A stretch of DNA of 64,000 nucleotides from an uncultured SAR86 cluster bacterium. GTDB taxonomy: Bacteria; Pseudomonadota; Gammaproteobacteria; Magnimaribacterales; TMED112. How positions within the stretch are numbered: the stretch's first letter is position 1; every line of letters begins with the position of its first letter. The notes beneath the pieces are model-generated. The model saw nothing but the letters and a program-made list of their open reading frames with translations, was not told the origin of the DNA and searched no databases. The stretch is from NCBI GenBank assembly GCA_902579195.1, contig CACHFV010000001.1, forward strand, positions 175,644 through 239,643. The letters are read 5' to 3'. The position numbers and the translations under genes were made by a program. Below are positions 40,031 through 48,318 of the stretch, in pieces.

Positions 40031-40670
40031 ACTAGCTATTTTTGATTTTTGTGGAACAGTTGTTCTGCCGCAAACTGGTGATTTATTTGTTTCTTACGTG
40101 CTTAACAAAGAAAAAAAATACCTTGAATTTCTAACCTCTCTAATACTGAGAAACAAGATATATCAATTTATAAAAAGAAAAATCTTTAGATACAAAACTA
40201 ATGATAAATTTAGAATACTCCAGCTGATTCAAGGCATTGAGAAGCAAAAAATTGATGAATATTCAATTCTTTTTGCATATTTTTTAGAAAAATACAAAAT
40301 TGAGAGTGTAAGCAAATATTTAGATAAATTTTTAGATGATAAGCAATATGATGTCTACATTATATCTGCAGGGTACAGTTGTTATATTGAAGAAATGTTT
40401 ACATCATCAGTAAAAATTATTGCGAATGATTTTTGTTATGTTGATGGAAGGTTTACAGGAAACATTGATTCAAAAGATTGTATTGAGAATGAAAAAGTAA
40501 ATAAACTTTCAAACTATATCAGCATCGACTCGATTGACTTTGATTCAACACATGTTTTCTCAGATTCCTTGAGTGATTTGCCAATATTTAGATTAGGGAA
40601 GCATAACCATTATGTGATAGGGAAAAATATTAAAAATTTGAATCAAAATAATTTGGAGAAAGCTAATTGA
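40014..40670 (+). CDS. HAD-IB family phosphatase
   Basis: IFDFCGT (motif I variant), IISAG (II), EKV (III), FSDSLSDLP (IV). Confidence 0.82.
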   Translation: MKKLHKLAIFDFCGTVVLPQTGDLFVSYVLNKEKKYLEFLTSLILRNKIYQFIKRKIFRYKTNDKFRILQLIQGIEKQKIDEYSILFAYFLEKYKIESVSKYLDKFLDDKQYDVYIISAGYSCYIEEMFTSSVKIIANDFCYVDGRFTGNIDSKDCIENEKVNKLSNYISIDSIDFDSTHVFSDSLSDLPIFRLGKHNHYVIGKNIKNLNQNNLEKAN

Positions 40671-41581
40671 ACTATATCTTTGGCAGCACTTCTAGGGCAC
40701 AACCATATATAAAAAATAAAAAACTTCTAAAACTTAATTTTATAAATATTTTTTTTCTAAAAAAGAGTGATGTTTTATATGTAACAAGATCTTGGAGTTT
40801 ACTAATCGAACTCATTTCAGTAAAAAAAAATAGGCCAAAAATAATTATTCTTGCTGATGGTTTGATCACGAAGTCAAATTGCCTTGTAAGGCACAATTCT
40901 TATCATTTGCCACTATTTCAAAAAATAAATGGAGATTTATTATTAGTGAGGCAAAACCTAAGTTCTTTACCAAATTTTATACCTAAAAATATGGTCTCTT
41001 CAATTATTAAACATGATGCTGATCTATGTTCATCTACTGCAAAAAAAGTAGTTTTAATTTTTGGCAATGATCCTTTTGTAGGAATGAATCATGACCTTCT
41101 CATAAAGAAAATCTATCTTTTGAATGATTTATTGAGCAATCAAATGAAAGTTTATTTTTCTTGTGGGAATAAAAGCTTTAAGAATACGTTGATTAATCGA
41201 TTTCCAAATTTTATCAATATAGGGCAAGTTGATGGCCAGAATATTGGCATTGGTGAAACAGTTTTTATAACAACACCATCGACAGCATCTTATGACCTTT
41301 TTCTAAAAGGTGCAAAAGTTTTATATTTCTCAGATTTACAGTGTGAAACAATTAAAAAACTTTATAAATCAACTAGTTCTCTTAATTTTGCTGATGGAAA
41401 TTTGAAGTTTCAATATAAGAAATGCAAAGATATAGAAAATATTGAGTTCTATTCAGATAAAGTTAGAAAAGTGGAGGCACTTAAAATTGATATTAAAAGC
41501 ATCTACTCCCAAGTAAATATATTTAAACCATTCGTTCTTCAGCGGTTACTTGGAGATATGAAACAATTATTTTTAGGCTAA
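40667..41581 (+). CDS. Hypothetical protein in the polysaccharide cluster
   Basis: 304-aa ORF overlapping the upstream stop; no recognisable motif. Confidence 0.65.
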   Translation: MNYIFGSTSRAQPYIKNKKLLKLNFINIFFLKKSDVLYVTRSWSLLIELISVKKNRPKIIILADGLITKSNCLVRHNSYHLPLFQKINGDLLLVRQNLSSLPNFIPKNMVSSIIKHDADLCSSTAKKVVLIFGNDPFVGMNHDLLIKKIYLLNDLLSNQMKVYFSCGNKSFKNTLINRFPNFINIGQVDGQNIGIGETVFITTPSTASYDLFLKGAKVLYFSDLQCETIKKLYKSTSSLNFADGNLKFQYKKCKDIENIEFYSDKVRKVEALKIDIKSIYSQVNIFKPFVLQRLLGDMKQLFLG

Positions 41582-41585
41582 TGTC

Positions 41586-42491
41586 ATGTTAACCAAGTTA
41601 GTAAGTTTTCTAAAAAGGCTTTATGTAGCATTTACGATTTATTTCTTACCAGAAAGATTATTCATAAGGTACAAATATTTAAAATCAATTGGCCAAAAAC
41701 TAAACCTAAGTTCTCCACTTAGACTAACAGAAAAAATTCAATGGCTTAAATTACATAACAAAAAAAAATTACATGTAGATGTAACAGATAAAATTAAAGT
41801 TAGAGATTATGTCAAAGAAATAATTGGAGAGACGCACTTAGTTCCATTGATAGATATATATGAAAAATCAGAAGATATTAAGCAAGAGGACCTACAAAGA
41901 TTTAGTATCATTAAATGCAATCATGATAGTTCTGGAGGGACAATTATACGAAACCATATTCCACAAATTGAGAAAATTAAAAAGGACTATAAGGCTAGGC
42001 TAAAGCACAATCATTATTATCAAACAAAAGAATGGCAATACAAGCACATAAAGCCTAAAATTTTAATTGAAAAGCTACTAATCACTTCTTCAGGATGCAT
42101 TCCAAATGACTATAAATTTCATTGCTTCCATGGTGTTCCTAAGTTTATATATTGTTCTATTGATAGAGAAAATCTGAATTATCGAAAGATATATGACATT
42201 AATTGGAATGAGCTTAAAGTTAATTGGAAGCCAAGAAAACAGGAAAAGAGAGAAGGGCCAAATATCCCGAAACCAAAAACCATCGAAAAAATGCTATCAA
42301 TTAGCAGACAGCTATCAAAGGATTTTGAATATTGTCGTGTAGACCTTTATGAAGTTGATCAAAAGGTTTTTTTTGGAGAAATTACTCTCCACCCACATGG
42401 AGGCTTTGAAAGTATTGACCCCATAGAATATGACTATGAATGGGGAAGTTTTCTAGACTTGAGTCAGATAAAAAATGAAAAAAAAGTTTAA
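41586..42491 (+). CDS. TupA-like ATP-grasp amidoligase
   Basis: EKIQWLKL, DKIKVRDYV, IIKCNHDSSG, WQYKHIKPKILIEKLL, DYKFHCFHG, CRVDLY...FGEITLHP. Confidence 0.9.
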   Translation: MLTKLVSFLKRLYVAFTIYFLPERLFIRYKYLKSIGQKLNLSSPLRLTEKIQWLKLHNKKKLHVDVTDKIKVRDYVKEIIGETHLVPLIDIYEKSEDIKQEDLQRFSIIKCNHDSSGGTIIRNHIPQIEKIKKDYKARLKHNHYYQTKEWQYKHIKPKILIEKLLITSSGCIPNDYKFHCFHGVPKFIYCSIDRENLNYRKIYDINWNELKVNWKPRKQEKREGPNIPKPKTIEKMLSISRQLSKDFEYCRVDLYEVDQKVFFGEITLHPHGGFESIDPIEYDYEWGSFLDLSQIKNEKKV

Positions 42492-43689
42492 TTCAATTTT
42501 CAGCAACTTTGTAAACTTGGCTGTTTCAAAATCTGTTGAGCTTTTAGTCCCCATTCTAGCGATACCATTGTTAATATCTAGATTGGGAATAGAGTCATAC
42601 GGTGTTTATATATATGCCTTCTCAATATTTGCAATATTCAGTGTTTTAGTAAGATTAGGTCTAGATGATTATGGAGTGAAACAGCTAACTCAATCAGATA
42701 AACATAATGAAAAAACAATATCTCTTACATATTATTCAATTAAGTTTTTTTTAGCTTTTTTAGTAATCCTAACAAGTTTTTTTGCAGTAACTCTTTTTGA
42801 GATAAATTATATTTTTCTGTTGTGTAGTCTGGTTCTGCTAGGAGATGCTTCAGATTCTATATGGTTCTTTCTTTCAAAGAATAACCTGCGGTTTTACACA
42901 TTCACAAAAGTTATATCAAAGATACTGTACCTATTATTGCTTTATCTGAATGTTCAAAGTGAAGCAGATTTGTTCCTAGTTCCAATTTTTTATGCATTAA
43001 TTTCATTTGGTGCTGGACTATTTCAAATGGGTTATGTTTATCAAAATAGTCTTGGAGAATTTAAATTTTTTCTATCAAAAAAATTAGGGAAAGAAATCAT
43101 TACAAAAGGTTCTCATATAGTTGGTTCAAATTTCATTTCTGTAATTAAAGATAGAGGTGGATTTATTTCGCTTGGTCTTCTCGGGCTAAATAGTTATGTT
43201 GGCATTTATGACATTATTTACAAAGTTGTGATGGTGTTGAATATACCTCCACAGATAATCAGCACCTCATACTTTCCAAGGATTAGCAGTGAAGGGTCAA
43301 AGAATCTTTTATTTCAATCTTTTTTTGTTAACTTCTTATATTCAGCGATCACTATTCCTATACTTATCCTTATACAATACATATCTAATTTACTTTTTTC
43401 AGAAGTATTTATTGCAGATCCAAGTGTTACAGTTGCTATTTTTTGTGCATGTTTCTTTTATAGTATCAGCATAAACATAGCAAAAAATATTATTATTATT
43501 TCAGGCAATACTTTAGTTCTGCTTATTTCAGCTATAGCTTCATCTCTGGTTTATATTTCTGCTTTAGTTTTTACTTTTGGTGAAAACTTTGATGTCTATA
43601 TGGCACTATATCTCTTCGCGTTAGCATATGCAGTAGAAATGTTAGTGAGACTTATCTTTGTATTGGTAAAAAAAGTCTACAATACTTAA
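42475..43689 (+). CDS. wzx: Oligosaccharide flippase
   Basis: Multi-TM MOP-family pattern: PLLISRLGIESYG, VGIYDIIYKV, YFPRIS. Confidence 0.85.
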   Translation: MKKKFNSIFSNFVNLAVSKSVELLVPILAIPLLISRLGIESYGVYIYAFSIFAIFSVLVRLGLDDYGVKQLTQSDKHNEKTISLTYYSIKFFLAFLVILTSFFAVTLFEINYIFLLCSLVLLGDASDSIWFFLSKNNLRFYTFTKVISKILYLLLLYLNVQSEADLFLVPIFYALISFGAGLFQMGYVYQNSLGEFKFFLSKKLGKEIITKGSHIVGSNFISVIKDRGGFISLGLLGLNSYVGIYDIIYKVVMVLNIPPQIISTSYFPRISSEGSKNLLFQSFFVNFLYSAITIPILILIQYISNLLFSEVFIADPSVTVAIFCACFFYSISINIAKNIIIISGNTLVLLISAIASSLVYISALVFTFGENFDVYMALYLFALAYAVEMLVRLIFVLVKKVYNT

Positions 43690-43706
43690 AGACATGAGTT
43701 GAAATT

Positions 43707-44735
43707 ATGGAGAATAAGAAAATTATTTTTTTTTTACCATCATATGGGGGTGGAGGGGCTGAACAGGTATTCATAAGATTATTGAACCACTTCACTAAGA
43801 AAGGCATTAAAGCTTCTGTTTTTATTAAAAGAAATAAAGGTGAGCATTTTGGAAGACTGAACGGGGATGTTAAGTCTAAGATTTCATCTATTGATTGGTT
43901 ACCAATTTCAGTCATTGAATTTATTTTCTACGTCTGGAAGGTAAAACCAGATTTAGTGTTCATAACAACAACATATCCAATTGCAGCTATTGGGGCTCTA
44001 AGAAAATTATTGCCAAGTTCTTCAAGAATTATTGGGCGTTTTACCAATATGTATAGTGAAGAATTGAAAAATGTTAAAAGCAATATGATCAAAAAAATAT
44101 TGCCTAGTTCTATAATGAATTTTGATAGGATAATTTGCCAATCCATTGATATGAAAGAAGATCTTCTTGCAAATATCCCAAGGATCGAAAATAAAATAAG
44201 AGTTATCAATAATCCAGTACCAACTTTTCAAAAAAAGAATCTCTTTAGAGAAAATTACATATGTGTGGGAAGGCTCTCAAAACAAAAAAACTTTGATTTA
44301 GCTATCAAAGCCTTTGCTTCAACAAACAAAATTCTAAATATATATGGCATTGGTCCTGAGGAAAAAAAATTAAAAAAACTAATATCTAATCTAAATTGTA
44401 AAAATGTAATTATTCATGGATTTGTTGAAGATATAATAGATAAAATTTCTTCTTCTAAAGGGCTGGTAGTAACTTCAAACTTTGAAGGCTTCTCAAATGT
44501 AATTATCGAGGCACTTGCATGTGGTACACCCATAATTTCACGAAAATTTAAGGGAGGTTTTAGTGAGGCTTTAAATCAAAATAATTCTGTTATTTTTGAA
44601 GGCTCTGACCCTGAGGATTTAATTAATGCAGTTGATCAATTTGAATCAAAAGTTTTTGATAAAGATAAAATATCATCTGAAACGTATGAAAAGTTTGGAA
44701 TAGAAAAGATTTCACAACAGTACATAGAACTATAG
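43707..44735 (+). CDS. Glycosyltransferase family 4
   Basis: GGGGAE, VGRLSKQKNFD, SNFEGFSNVIIEALACGTP. Confidence 0.9.
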   Translation: MENKKIIFFLPSYGGGGAEQVFIRLLNHFTKKGIKASVFIKRNKGEHFGRLNGDVKSKISSIDWLPISVIEFIFYVWKVKPDLVFITTTYPIAAIGALRKLLPSSSRIIGRFTNMYSEELKNVKSNMIKKILPSSIMNFDRIICQSIDMKEDLLANIPRIENKIRVINNPVPTFQKKNLFRENYICVGRLSKQKNFDLAIKAFASTNKILNIYGIGPEEKKLKKLISNLNCKNVIIHGFVEDIIDKISSSKGLVVTSNFEGFSNVIIEALACGTPIISRKFKGGFSEALNQNNSVIFEGSDPEDLINAVDQFESKVFDKDKISSETYEKFGIEKISQQYIEL

Positions 44736-44741
44736 AAGTAA

Positions 44742-45887
44742 ATGAAGATCGCATTAATTATTGATTCTTTAAGATTTGGTGGAGCTCAAAAATGTTCTGT
44801 TGACTTATATGAGGCATTGCAAAAAGAAGGGCATGATGTCTGCTTTATTACTTACAGGGAGCATAAACAATTAAAAAATGCAGATGACGTAAAAAATAAT
44901 ACAATTTATGTGCCCGGCCTCTCAAAAAAATACTTTCTTGATTATTTAGATAGATTCCTGGGTAAGATATTTGGGCGTACTTATGGATATATCATGAGCT
45001 ATTTTTATACCTTTTGGTTAAAGCAAAGAATAAATTTAAATTCATATGATGCATTATTATTGGTTAGCGATTCAGGTTTCTTTCCATTCTATAAATTGAA
45101 TCACAAAAGACTATTTTATGTGGCTCATTCACACAAAAGCTCACAATATTTATTTAAATGGCACACCTCATTTATTAACAGAATGCTTTATAAAAATATT
45201 TTTAAAAACAAAAAAATTATTGCTATTACAAATGAAATTAAAAAAGATCTCATAGATGAATTTGATGTTCAAGAAAAAAACATTAGTGTTATTCCAAACA
45301 TAGTGAATTTTGAAAGAATAGAAAAACTTTCACATGAGAAACTAAAATATCCTTTTGATTCAAATAATGACTTTATAATTCATGTAGGTCGACACTCAAA
45401 AGAAAAGAGAGTGGAAGATCTAATTAAATGTTTTAAAGAGGTTGTTTTAGATCATCCTGATCTAAAATTAGTTTTAGTTGGTGAAGGGCCTGAAACAAGA
45501 AATCTCAAAATTGCGGTTAATAAATTAGCTCTTAATTCAAAAGTATTTTTTACAGGTTTTATGAACAATCCATATAATTTAATAAAAAAATCTAAATTAC
45601 TTGTTCTTTGTTCAAAAAGAGAAGGTCTTCCCACTGTGATAATAGAGGCATTGTCCTTGAAGACGGATGCAATTTGCTCAAAATGTTTGTCTGGCCCATA
45701 TGAAATATATAAAGATAAGTATCATTATCATACCTTTAACATAGGTAACTTAAGTGAAATGAAAAAAATGATAAACAATTCCTTGTTAAACTATAATTCT
45801 CCTGAAAAAGAGCTAGTTGATGATATATTATTTCGATATTCTGAAAACGAAATTACTAAAAAATATTTAAAATTAATCAATGAATAA
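44742..45887 (+). CDS. Glycosyltransferase family 4
   Basis: FGGAQK, VGRHSKEKR, SKREGLPTVIIEAL. Confidence 0.9.
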   Translation: MKIALIIDSLRFGGAQKCSVDLYEALQKEGHDVCFITYREHKQLKNADDVKNNTIYVPGLSKKYFLDYLDRFLGKIFGRTYGYIMSYFYTFWLKQRINLNSYDALLLVSDSGFFPFYKLNHKRLFYVAHSHKSSQYLFKWHTSFINRMLYKNIFKNKKIIAITNEIKKDLIDEFDVQEKNISVIPNIVNFERIEKLSHEKLKYPFDSNNDFIIHVGRHSKEKRVEDLIKCFKEVVLDHPDLKLVLVGEGPETRNLKIAVNKLALNSKVFFTGFMNNPYNLIKKSKLLVLCSKREGLPTVIIEALSLKTDAICSKCLSGPYEIYKDKYHYHTFNIGNLSEMKKMINNSLLNYNSPEKELVDDILFRYSENEITKKYLKLINE

Positions 45888-47037
45888 CATAGTTAAGCAG
45901 GACAAGACTTTAGTTTATTTATTTTTATCTTCATTGCTTTTTGTCAACTACAATATTTATTTTAATTTGCTTCCACTCCTTCCAATTCTTTTGCTAATGA
46001 ATTACCAAAACGATTTAGTAAATAAAACATTAATTTATAGATTCCTGCTTGGGTCATTTATTTTATTTCTTTTTCTCCTTAAACATGTTTTTTTAGACCC
46101 AGTGTTTTTGGAAAAGGGTGTAGTTTTTTCGGAAATCACCCCACTAAGGTATGTGTATTATAACTATCTAATACTCTTGCTATTTTTTAGTTTTGAAATT
46201 GTTAAAAAACATGAAAATACTTGTCTTGAATGGGCAGAGCTAGCATTAAAATTTTTAATGTTTTCTGGTTTTATTCTTCTTTTCTTAAGCATATTTGGTT
46301 TGAATCTTTACCCTGTTGAAATTCTTGCAGGCAAGGAAGCAAGAGTAACATCAAATGAATCTATAGGTTTAGGGATGGTAGGTATTGTTGAGGAGCCATC
46401 AACTTTTGGAGCAATGATAATCCTATTATCTATTATTCTTTTTTCATCAAATTTTAATCCTAATCTTGGTCTTTTTGGTCTTTTCTTTTCATTGCTAACT
46501 TTTTCTACAGCTATATGGTTTTTGGTTCCTGTAATGTTAAGTGTAATTATATTTTTGTATTTTGAAAAATTCAGAGATACACCACTTCTATTAATTGGAT
46601 CAGGAACGTTTTTTCTTATAGCTTTTTTCGCTCTTGTTACTAATTTCCAGCTTGAAAAGATTACAGATGGGTATGCTGTATCAATAAGACTTTACTTAAT
46701 AGAGCTGTTGTCAGACCGAGACCCATACCTAATTTTTTGGGGGGCAGGTCCATGGGGGTTCGAGAGTATAATTTATGATCTTACAGACCCCTGGTATGGT
46801 GCTTTGAGAAGTGCTTCAATAAATGATTTAGGATCCTTTGTCTTTATTTATATATTTTTTGGTGTGTTGGGCATTTTCAGTTTTGCATTATTTGTAATCT
46901 TCGCAATAAAAGATATAAAAATTAAAGTACTTTTTTTGATTGCAACTTTAGTAAAATTATCAATATTCCATCCACTTTTCATATTTTTCATGGCGATTGC
47001 AAGTCAAATTAGCAAACGAGATCATTTAAAAAGCTAA
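45880..47037 (+). CDS. wzy: Probable polysaccharide polymerase (Wzy-like)
   Basis: About ten TM segments, EEPS motif in a loop, located in a cluster with wzx; assigned by context. Confidence 0.6.
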   Translation: MNNIVKQDKTLVYLFLSSLLFVNYNIYFNLLPLLPILLLMNYQNDLVNKTLIYRFLLGSFILFLFLLKHVFLDPVFLEKGVVFSEITPLRYVYYNYLILLLFFSFEIVKKHENTCLEWAELALKFLMFSGFILLFLSIFGLNLYPVEILAGKEARVTSNESIGLGMVGIVEEPSTFGAMIILLSIILFSSNFNPNLGLFGLFFSLLTFSTAIWFLVPVMLSVIIFLYFEKFRDTPLLLIGSGTFFLIAFFALVTNFQLEKITDGYAVSIRLYLIELLSDRDPYLIFWGAGPWGFESIIYDLTDPWYGALRSASINDLGSFVFIYIFFGVLGIFSFALFVIFAIKDIKIKVLFLIATLVKLSIFHPLFIFFMAIASQISKRDHLKS

Positions 47038-47091
47038 CATAGAATAGTGTTTTTTTTATTACATTATTAATTTATGTTTTAAGATTACGAG

Positions 47092-48252
47092 ATGAAAAAA
47101 ATTACAATTGTTGGTGCAGGATATGTAGGGCTTTCGTTAGCTGTGTTGCTTGCAAAAAAGAATAGCGTAACTTTAATAGATATTGATGAAAGTAAAATAA
47201 GTAAATTGAATAATGGTAACTCCACATTAGCTGAAACTAGCATTCAAGATATGCTTACTGAAAACTTTAGAAATCTATCTTTTAAAACTAACTTTAATAG
47301 CGATGAAGCTGATTTTTATATAATTGCTACATCAACTAACTATGACCCTGAAAAGCAATTTTTTGATACTAATAGTGTAGAAAAAGTTATCAAAAAAATT
47401 AAAACACAATTTAATACAGCTAAGATAGCAATTAAGTCGACAATTCCTGTTGGTTTTACTGAAAGCATGCAAACTACATACAACTGTTCAAATATCTTTT
47501 TTTCACCTGAGTTTTTAAGAGAGGGCACCTCTGTTGAAGATAATATAAATCCATCAAGAATTGTTATTGGCAATCAAGATGATGTTGGAATAAATTTTGG
47601 CAATCTGCTTGCAGAAATAACGGAAAACAATCCTCCACAAATTTTCATGGACAGCAAAACAGCTGAAGCTGTTAAATTATTTTCAAATAGTTATTTAGCA
47701 ATGCGCGTTTCTTATTTTAATGAGCTAGATAGTTTTGCTTTTGATAAAAAACTAAACCCTAAAAAACTTATTGAGGCAGTTTGTCTTGATGACAGGATTG
47801 GCAGCTCATATAACAATCCATCTTTTGGATATGGTGGGTATTGTCTGCCAAAAGATTCAAAACAACTCCTGGCAAACTATAAAAATGTTCCACAAAATTT
47901 AATAAGTGCTGTGGTGAAAGCTAACTCAACAAGAAAAGATTTTATTTCTGATCAAATTATTGCTTTAAAGCCAAAATCAGTTGGCATTTATAGGCTAGTT
48001 ATGAAAAGTGGGTCCGATAATTTTAGAGAATCTGCAGTTCAAGGAATCATGAAAAGGCTAAATGCAAAAAATATTAAAATGTTTATCTATGAGCCAGAGA
48101 TGACTGAAAAAACTTTTTTTGGCTGTACAGTTCTAAATAACTTTAATGAGTTCTGTGATCATGCAGAGGTAATAGTAGCTAATAGACATTCCAAGCAACT
48201 AGAAGCTGTAAAAAACAAAGTTTTTACAAGAGACATTTTTCAAAATAACTAA
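47092..48252 (+). CDS. ugd: UDP-glucose 6-dehydrogenase
   Basis: VGAGYVGLS, FSPEFLREG, YNNPSFGYGGYCLPKD, MKSGSDNFRES. Confidence 0.95.
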   Translation: MKKITIVGAGYVGLSLAVLLAKKNSVTLIDIDESKISKLNNGNSTLAETSIQDMLTENFRNLSFKTNFNSDEADFYIIATSTNYDPEKQFFDTNSVEKVIKKIKTQFNTAKIAIKSTIPVGFTESMQTTYNCSNIFFSPEFLREGTSVEDNINPSRIVIGNQDDVGINFGNLLAEITENNPPQIFMDSKTAEAVKLFSNSYLAMRVSYFNELDSFAFDKKLNPKKLIEAVCLDDRIGSSYNNPSFGYGGYCLPKDSKQLLANYKNVPQNLISAVVKANSTRKDFISDQIIALKPKSVGIYRLVMKSGSDNFRESAVQGIMKRLNAKNIKMFIYEPEMTEKTFFGCTVLNNFNEFCDHAEVIVANRHSKQLEAVKNKVFTRDIFQNN

Positions 48253-48318
48253 TTTTTTTTATACATATTTAGAAAAAAATGTACTTATCAGCTTTTGTAA
48301 CTATAATTCAATGAACGA

